Source of the DNA: Candidatus Latescibacterota bacterium
GTDB taxonomy: Bacteria > Latescibacterota > UBA2968 > UBA8231
Assembly (NCBI GenBank): GCA_965215195.1
Contig: CBDCDC010000002.1
Location: 4,768,001-4,832,000 of the forward strand
Length of the DNA: 64,000 nucleotides
Direction: 5' to 3'
The translations under genes and the position numbers were made by a program. This document shows positions 58,586 through 64,000 of this stretch, piece after piece (positions within the stretch are counted from its first letter, which is position 1; the number at the start of each line of letters is the position of its first letter). Under the pieces are notes generated by a model, which had not been told where the DNA came from, ran no database searches, and saw nothing but the letters and a program-made list of their open reading frames with translations.

Positions 58586-59569
58586 TTATTCACTGTGGCT
58601 ACCCCTTTCGATAGCGAGGAATTCGGCAATCCTTGGTGATTGGTGGGTAAAGATATGGTCCGCCTTTGAGATCCAATCGTCTCGCTTTCGCACATCGTCC
58701 AAGGGCAATGGCTGGTCCGATTCAAAGGTCAACCGAAAAATTTTCTCTGACCTGAGCGGGCTCTCACCCATGAGTAAGCAAAGCATGTTGTGGGCACTTT
58801 CGGACTGAAGGTTGAAGATAACGTTGATGAACTTGCTGCGCTGCCAGCGAGTCAGCAGGCCCCACCCTTGCCAGCTATAGAGTAAACAGTCTTTCCATTT
58901 ACCTTGGCTCCGAGGATAGAATACCTTGCTCTTACCAGTGCCAATGGAGAGGACTCGCACTCTTTTAAGCGGAATTTTGAGGCGATAATGAGCATCAATG
59001 ATCGCCACGAGAGATGGATTATTGGCCCAAAGGCCACCATCAGCGAGTTGGTACTTGTTATCAACTACGACAGGGTCGAAGTACGTCGGAGCAGAGCAGG
59101 AGGCTAAGACCGCATCCGACACACGCACATTAGGATCCCGAACAAAGTCGTCGTGGTATTTTGTTTTGAAAACATGTACACAACCGTTGCCAATGTCAAC
59201 GGAAGGTAGGATAAGTGGGATTTCAACTTGACCCAAAGTCATCTCGCCCAACATTTCCTCAAGGCGCGTCTTGAGGTTTTTACTCGAATATCGGCTCGTG
59301 AAAAGCTGTAAGGGACCGAGACTGGCTCGTAGTCGAGGGGCGAAGATCGCTTTGCCATGAGTTTTATAGAAGTCGGCCAATTGCACGGCCGTCTTGCCAC
59401 AGGCCAGCCCGGCGGCCAGAATCGCTCCTGTACTGGTGCCAGCCAATAGGTGAAAGTGGCTTCTCCAATCGAGTTGCCACTCCTCTTCCATTCTTTTTAA
59501 TAGATGGGCAGCAAAGAGTCCTCGAAATCCACCCCCATCAATAGCTAGGATGTAAAATGGCTCATTCAC
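58586..59569 (-). CDS. capV: CBASS patatin-like phospholipase effector
   Basis: DGGGFRG, GTSTG, SAPTYF, DGGLWANNP; GTG 59569 after GGAGG; adjacent to the CD-NTase. Confidence 0.88.
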   Translation of the reverse strand: MNEPFYILAIDGGGFRGLFAAHLLKRMEEEWQLDWRSHFHLLAGTSTGAILAAGLACGKTAVQLADFYKTHGKAIFAPRLRASLGPLQLFTSRYSSKNLKTRLEEMLGEMTLGQVEIPLILPSVDIGNGCVHVFKTKYHDDFVRDPNVRVSDAVLASCSAPTYFDPVVVDNKYQLADGGLWANNPSLVAIIDAHYRLKIPLKRVRVLSIGTGKSKVFYPRSQGKWKDCLLYSWQGWGLLTRWQRSKFINVIFNLQSESAHNMLCLLMGESPLRSEKIFRLTFESDQPLPLDDVRKRDDWISKADHIFTHQSPRIAEFLAIERGSHSE

Positions 59570-59642
59570 GATAATCGCCTCCAAAATTACGCATCAGATC
59601 GCGAAAACTGGTAAGCCTCGATCTGATGCGATACCTCGCCAC

Positions 59643-60098
59643 CTACTCGGCAAGAAACCCGTCGGCGTCTTCGAGAGTCAGGTAGCCGGCCTTGATTAAT
59701 TTCAACACCAAGTCCTCCGTCTGATAGATTACCAAGTCTCTACGCCGGCGTTGCCCTTCAACGCATGCCCTTCGGTCCTGAAGTCCGGCGACCCAATTCC
59801 GCGTAAGCGCAACGGCCAGAACGGCGCACTCGCCGGCTCCAAGCCGCCCACCTGCCCGAAGCTCAGCAAATAGGGCGACCTCCACCGGATTGCGAACACT
59901 TTGTAAATCAAGTATGCCCTCAGCCACAGCATCTTCAACCGCCTCTTTTTGTTCTGGACGCCTTATTTCACCAAGCACTTGGTCGGGCAACACGACCGGT
60001 GTGCCAAGCTGACCGAGTAACTCAACACGACCGATTTTCACGAAATTCAGCAAGACCGACGCATCGAGGACAATCGGCACCGCGCTTGTCTGCTGCAT
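59643..60098 (-). CDS. PIN-domain protein (DUF3368-like), possibly shortened by a premature stop
   Basis: VLDASVLLNF, LGAGECAVLA, QDRRA. Confidence 0.75.
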   Translation of the reverse strand: MQQTSAVPIVLDASVLLNFVKIGRVELLGQLGTPVVLPDQVLGEIRRPEQKEAVEDAVAEGILDLQSVRNPVEVALFAELRAGGRLGAGECAVLAVALTRNWVAGLQDRRACVEGQRRRRDLVIYQTEDLVLKLIKAGYLTLEDADGFLAE

Positions 60099-60108
60099 TC
60101 AAAGTACC

Positions 60109-61338
60109 TCAATCCGAATCCGCCAAATCGAACATCGTCTCGTCGTCAATATCCAACAATCGCCCCACTTCGAGTAGCCGGCCCTGCGAAATTTCCCCAC
60201 GCCACCACGCTTCCAGAACCAGCGACAGAATCTGCCAATCCAATTCGCGGTCCCAATGTGCCTCGTCTGCGGAATTTTCTACATCGGAAAATGCTCTTAC
60301 CGCACGCTGGTATTGATTAGCCTCTGCGGTCTGGTCGAGAAGCGTTTGGGCTTGTTCTAGGCTCACGAGGTTCAAGCCGCGCAACCGCCAAACCGCCGCG
60401 GCATAGCTCACCTCAAAATGCCAAGCCAAAAGTGCCACGTCTGCGTAGGTTACATGCTGTGAGCGCGCCGGGCTACGCAACTGACCTTGGATACCCTCTT
60501 CGGTGACCGCATCCAGCGCCGCTTCCTCGCGACGCGTACCCCTCCCTTTGCCCAAGTTGTGCAGAAAATCTCGTACGCCCTCTTCGGGCATGAGGAAGGC
60601 GGCGGCAAAGGCATTGGCCCGCTGCTCGGTTTTCGTCTTGGCATTGTGGGCACTCGTAACCGTGGCCGGCTCATCGCGGTCCATGAGTGCGTGACCGTGT
60701 TCGTGGGCGTAGGAAAACCGCCGCCGCACCGGTGCTTGGGTGAGGTTGGCCAAAATCGCCAAGCCAAAGTCGGGACTGCTCAGAAAGAGACCAGAGATTT
60801 CATCCGGCAGAGGCAACGCGGCCGCCCATATATTCTGGTGGGCTAAGGTCTCAGGCACTTTAACGGGCGCATGGCCCAAATCGAGACGCCGACGCTCCTG
60901 CTCGGCTACGAGTTGACCTTGGTCAATGGCCTGTCCGACCGATCGAGGGGGCGGCAACTCGTAACGTGGCAGGGAAACGACGGCCCTGCGGCCAATTAGC
61001 TGTCGCAACGACGCCCCTTCTCTGAGCAAGCGCAAACAACGCGACGCTTGCTTTTGAACGACCTCGCCTTGCAAGCCGGGTTCGGCGCGAAAGAGCGCGA
61101 CGACCGGGTCTTCCTTTTGGACCGAGATATGCGGATCGACGAACCACTCGATCGGCCGACCGTACAAATCCGCAAGACGAGTTAGCTCGAGCGTGGAAAC
61201 CTGCCGCTGGCCGGATTCCATGAGGCTGATCGCCGATCTCCGTAGGCCGAGTGCCGCACCGGCGACCTCCTGCGTGAGTTGCCGACTTTCCCGTGCCACG
61301 CGCAATCGCCGCCCGATTTCTTCAAGGGTAATGAGCAT
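60109..61338 (-). CDS. XRE-HTH + ImmA/IrrE metallopeptidase fusion
   Basis: LTQEVAG...SAISLMESGQR HTH; RRRFSYAHEHGH; EQRANAFAAAFLMP; GGAGG RBS before ATG 61338. Confidence 0.92.
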   Translation of the reverse strand: MLITLEEIGRRLRVARESRQLTQEVAGAALGLRRSAISLMESGQRQVSTLELTRLADLYGRPIEWFVDPHISVQKEDPVVALFRAEPGLQGEVVQKQASRCLRLLREGASLRQLIGRRAVVSLPRYELPPPRSVGQAIDQGQLVAEQERRRLDLGHAPVKVPETLAHQNIWAAALPLPDEISGLFLSSPDFGLAILANLTQAPVRRRFSYAHEHGHALMDRDEPATVTSAHNAKTKTEQRANAFAAAFLMPEEGVRDFLHNLGKGRGTRREEAALDAVTEEGIQGQLRSPARSQHVTYADVALLAWHFEVSYAAAVWRLRGLNLVSLEQAQTLLDQTAEANQYQRAVRAFSDVENSADEAHWDRELDWQILSLVLEAWWRGEISQGRLLEVGRLLDIDDETMFDLADSD

Positions 61339-61368
61339 GGAGCACCTCCGAGTCAATGACGGCAGTAG

Positions 61369-61397
61369 AGTTTAGATTATCGAACGAATCTTGTCAA
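61369..61397 (-). promoter_or_regulatory. Sigma70-like promoter with an imperfect palindrome in the spacer
   Basis: Minus strand TTGACA-N17-TAAACT; AGATT-N8-AATCT at 61374-61391. Confidence 0.7.
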
Positions 61398-61624
61398 ATA
61401 TAGACATATTCAAAGCGAAAGAGATGTACGAGATATTTTTAGTTATTGCAGTAATCCGCGTTACGCCTGTTGACATAAATCTCGCGGCGGGCGGGGGGAT
61501 CAGTGAGCTAGGGGGTCTCTTGGCTTGGTACGACGCGAGACCGCAAAGCTGGTCCGTCCCCCGCCACCCGTGTAATTTTCAAAGTGACCCACCTACTACA
61601 CGACACCAGCCCTCAGCCTGCCAA

Positions 61625-61671
61625 GGATCGAGGGCATCTTGCCCTCGGCGAGGGCGGGACGCCCGCGATCC
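61625..61671. repeat. REP-like imperfect GC-rich palindrome
   Basis: GGATCGAGGGCATCTTGCCCTC-GGC-GAGGGCGGGACGCCCGCGATCC (18/22 Watson-Crick complementary). Confidence 0.6.
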
Positions 61672-61761
61672 CGGACCCAGCGGAAACCGCAGAAAAGGCG
61701 TACTCAAAGTAAGGGGTGCCTACTTTAGGTGGCGTGTACTAAGGTGACCCACTACCAACGC

Positions 61762-61915
61762 CCGGTGCGGCCCGGACGATCTGTCCGGCGCGGCTGTTGG
61801 CTATTTCGCCTTGTTCAACGGCGATCCGCCCATTGACGATTACCCAGTTGATGCCCTGCGGATAGCGGTAGGGATCGGCAAAGTCGGCGCACTCGCCGAT
61901 AGCTGCGGGATCGAA
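61762..61915 (-). pseudogene. Orphan duplicate of the 3' end of the D-aminoacylase gene (154 bp)
   Basis: 148/154 identical to 62526-62679; the frame continues GVGSGSP* to 61739 instead of AST*. Confidence 0.95.
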
Positions 61916-61925
61916 GAAAGCTGTC

Positions 61926-62138
61926 TCAAGTGTCTGCAACAAGCTGCTGAGCCTGTTGGTCAAGCACCCTAATGGTGCCCTGAATTGCGTCGACCTCGCG
62001 CTCCTCGAAGTACGCCTCACCGCACTGAGCGCAGACCCAAGCCGGGACTGTGTCGAGGACCAAGTGATAGCCGTTGCGGTCGACGTGGAAGGGTGCTTTC
62101 GCGCGCTTCATCTGCCCATGACAGTGGATGCAGTTCAT
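61926..62138 (-). CDS. YgiT-type zinc-finger protein (putative antitoxin)
   Basis: MNCIHC...VPAWVCAQCGEAYF; ATGA overlap with the upstream gene. Confidence 0.88.
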   Translation of the reverse strand: MNCIHCHGQMKRAKAPFHVDRNGYHLVLDTVPAWVCAQCGEAYFEEREVDAIQGTIRVLDQQAQQLVADT

Positions 62139-62461
62139 TTTGGTCTCCTTGTTCGCAAGTCTTGTTCCCACTCGGCCTCTGTGGGAAGGTACGCTGTGAT
62201 TACTGCGAGAAAATCCTCCTTAGGCGCACAAACTACATGGATATCTCGCTGGTCAACTCCGTGGCCATGCAGCAGGCAGCTATGGCCGCGTGCGTTCTCG
62301 GGATAGTCCTCAATTAGCTCGCCCTGCATGATAACAACTCTAATCTCATTTGGTCTAATCATTCTGTCCGGTCGTGCCATTTGGCGAACTGCATGGGGAA
62401 GAAAGAGCACACGTTGAGTAGCGGCGCGTTGTACTTGTTCAAGAAATTCTTGTGAAGCCAT
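62135..62461 (-). CDS. DUF4258 protein (RelE/BrnT-like putative toxin)
   Basis: LPHAVRQM, GELIEDYP..RGHSCL, IHVVCA, VITAYLP. Confidence 0.85.
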   Translation of the reverse strand: MASQEFLEQVQRAATQRVLFLPHAVRQMARPDRMIRPNEIRVVIMQGELIEDYPENARGHSCLLHGHGVDQRDIHVVCAPKEDFLAVITAYLPTEAEWEQDLRTRRPK

Positions 62462-62514
62462 TCCCATACTCGCCTAAAATTTCGGCAGCCGACATCAGTA
62501 CCTCAAAGGCTAGC

Positions 62515-64000
62515 TCAGGTCGAAGCCGGTGCGGCCCGGACGATCTGTCCGGCGCGGCTGTTGGCTATTTCGCCTTGTTCAACGGCGATCCGCCCATTGA
62601 CGATTACCCAGTCAATGCCCTGCGGATAGCGGTAGGGGTCGGCAAAGTCGGCGCACTCGCCAATAGCTTTGGGATCGAAAACCACGAGGTCGGCCCAGTA
62701 GCCCTCGCGCAATAGACCGCGTGCGCCTAGGCGGAAGCGGGCAGCCGGGTGGCCGGTGAGCTTGTGGATGGCCTCTGCCCAGCGCAGCGCACCCTGCTCG
62801 CGGACGAAGCGGCGCAGGAAGTAGGGGAAAGCCCCATAGGAGCGGGGGTGGTGCTTGCCCTCGGCCAAGGTGCCCTCGGGCACCAGCGAGAAGCCGTCGG
62901 AGATGACGCCGCCGGCCGGATGGCGGGCGATGTTGAGGAAGTCCTCCTCAGACACGTCCTCGGCCAGCATCCACGGCCGCGCACGCTCTTCGACGAGGAT
63001 GTCGCAGACCGCGTCGTGGGGCTGCTGGCCGCGCCGCCGACCGATCTCGGCAAAGCTCAAGCCAACTAGGGCGGCGTTTTGCTCGGCGCTGCCCAGCCAG
63101 ATCTTGTCCCATTGCCCATCCCGCGCCAAGTTGCGCTTGCGGCTGCCGCCGCTCTCGGCCCCGTACTGCCGGGTGTCCTGCTCGATCTGGGCGCGGGTCT
63201 CCGGGTCTTGTAGCCGCCGGAGCAGGGCCTCGTCGCCGCCGGCCAAGGCCCACGGGGGCAACAGCGACTTTAGGGTAGTGCTGCCAACCGTATAGGGAAT
63301 GGCGTCGCAGCTAATGTCGCAGCCTGCGCGGCGCTTCTGGTCAATGGCGGCGAGCAGGTCGCGGGTCGCGCCGATCATGGGCGCACCAGGCTGCATGTGC
63401 GAGACGTGGGCGGCAACCGCAGCTTGCTCGCCAACGGCCATGACCTCGCCGACAGCTTGGGCAATCGACTCGGTCTGGTTGCGGATGTGCGAGGTGTAGA
63501 TGCCGCCGTACTCAGAGACGACCTTGCCCAACTCGACGAGTTCCTCCAGCGCCGCATACGGGCCGGGCGCGTAGGCCAAGCCCGACGACAGCCCCATTGC
63601 GCCGTCTTCCATTGCGCGGGCCACGAGTGCCTTCATTTGCTCCATTTCGGCCGCAGTCGGCGGGCGATCTTCGTAGCCCATGGCAGCGACGCGCACATTG
63701 CCGTGGCCGACCAACGTCGCGGCATTCGTGCCCAGTCCATGGGCTTCGAGCCGTTGGAAGTAGTCGCCGAAATGGGTCCAGTCGCACGCCAAGCCGCGGG
63801 TCATGGCCGGGTCGAGCGGGCCGTAGTACGGCTCGTAGTCGCGGGTGGGCGCGGCCGAGACGCCGCAGTTGCCCATGACTTGGGTCGTAATGCCCTGCAT
63901 CAGGGAACTGAGCGCGCGGCCGTCGAGGGCGATGGTCAGGTCCGAATGCGTGTGGATGTCGATAAAGCCGGGGCAGGCGATGCGGCCCTCGGCGTCAATG
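62515..64000 (-). CDS. N-acyl-D-amino-acid deacylase (5' end outside window)
   Basis: PGFIDIHTHSD near the window edge, GNCG, SHIR, HPRSYGAF, ADLVVFDP. Confidence 0.92.
   Translation of the reverse strand, partial: IDAEGRIACPGFIDIHTHSDLTIALDGRALSSLMQGITTQVMGNCGVSAAPTRDYEPYYGPLDPAMTRGLACDWTHFGDYFQRLEAHGLGTNAATLVGHGNVRVAAMGYEDRPPTAAEMEQMKALVARAMEDGAMGLSSGLAYAPGPYAALEELVELGKVVSEYGGIYTSHIRNQTESIAQAVGEVMAVGEQAAVAAHVSHMQPGAPMIGATRDLLAAIDQKRRAGCDISCDAIPYTVGSTTLKSLLPPWALAGGDEALLRRLQDPETRAQIEQDTRQYGAESGGSRKRNLARDGQWDKIWLGSAEQNAALVGLSFAEIGRRRGQQPHDAVCDILVEERARPWMLAEDVSEEDFLNIARHPAGGVISDGFSLVPEGTLAEGKHHPRSYGAFPYFLRRFVREQGALRWAEAIHKLTGHPAARFRLGARGLLREGYWADLVVFDPKAIGECADFADPYRYPQGIDWVIVNGRIAVEQGEIANSRAGQIVRAAPAST

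Larger units (their letters stand above)
52640..62514. other. Defence island B
   Basis: Type III R-M, CBASS, PIN/HTH-IrrE and DUF4258/YgiT, all on the minus strand between two core genes. Confidence 0.85.

Noticed and set aside
61391-61747. 118-aa plus-strand ORF
   Set aside because: Runs through promoter and palindromic sequence, with no RBS or domain features
61739-62020. 93-aa ORF with an aminoacylase-like C-terminus
   Set aside because: Produced by the duplicated gene end joined to an alternative frame of the YgiT gene; no credible start
34129-62514. Prophage, ICE or integron explaining the islands
   Set aside because: No integrase, transposase, phage structural or conjugation genes, and no repeated attC-like sites seen
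1-64000. tRNA, rRNA or riboswitch
   Set aside because: None recognised by eye; a covariance-model search would be needed to exclude small RNAs

Overview
Bacterial genomic window with GC-rich core genes and two AT-richer accessory islands. The gene content (C-terminal 'AVExxSWGxIK' motif, FTPNGDGxND/FlgD-Ig proteins, ankyrin-repeat protein, sulfatase, ElbD-like enzyme) suggests an FCB-group (Latescibacterota-like), possibly sponge-associated, organism; this is inference only. Layout: (1) 1-16.3 kb, an envelope locus: a CBM9-like protein, three paralogous secreted proteins with T9SS type-B-like/FlgD C-termini, a 903-aa predicted outer-membrane barrel, a double-parvulin lipoprotein, CRTAC1, an FGE-fold protein and a polytopic transporter. 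(2) 16.3-34.1 kb, metabolism and lipid genes: MCE/Mla-Pqi system, lipid kinase, a FAR-A-ACP-acyltransferase fusion whose adenylation motifs are degenerate, and lgt. (3) 34.1-45.2 kb, defence island A: ABC-ATPase+nuclease pair, MAD3/MAD4-like pair, broken UPF0175/DUF3368 TA, ankyrin protein, MmeI remnant, Dsr1-like sirtuin, Fic. (4) 45.1-52.6 kb, catabolic genes and an ANKH-like transporter. (5) 52.6-62.5 kb, defence island B: HTH-IrrE+PIN, CapV-CD-NTase-E2/SEC-C CBASS, type III R-M, DUF4258/YgiT pair. The most notable structural signal is that both islands start with a two-gene cassette flanked by a diverged duplicate of the 3' end of the neighbouring core gene (58 bp and 154 bp), with no integrase or transposase in the window. 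No rRNA, tRNA or CRISPR array was seen. All family assignments come from motif recognition by eye, not from database searches.
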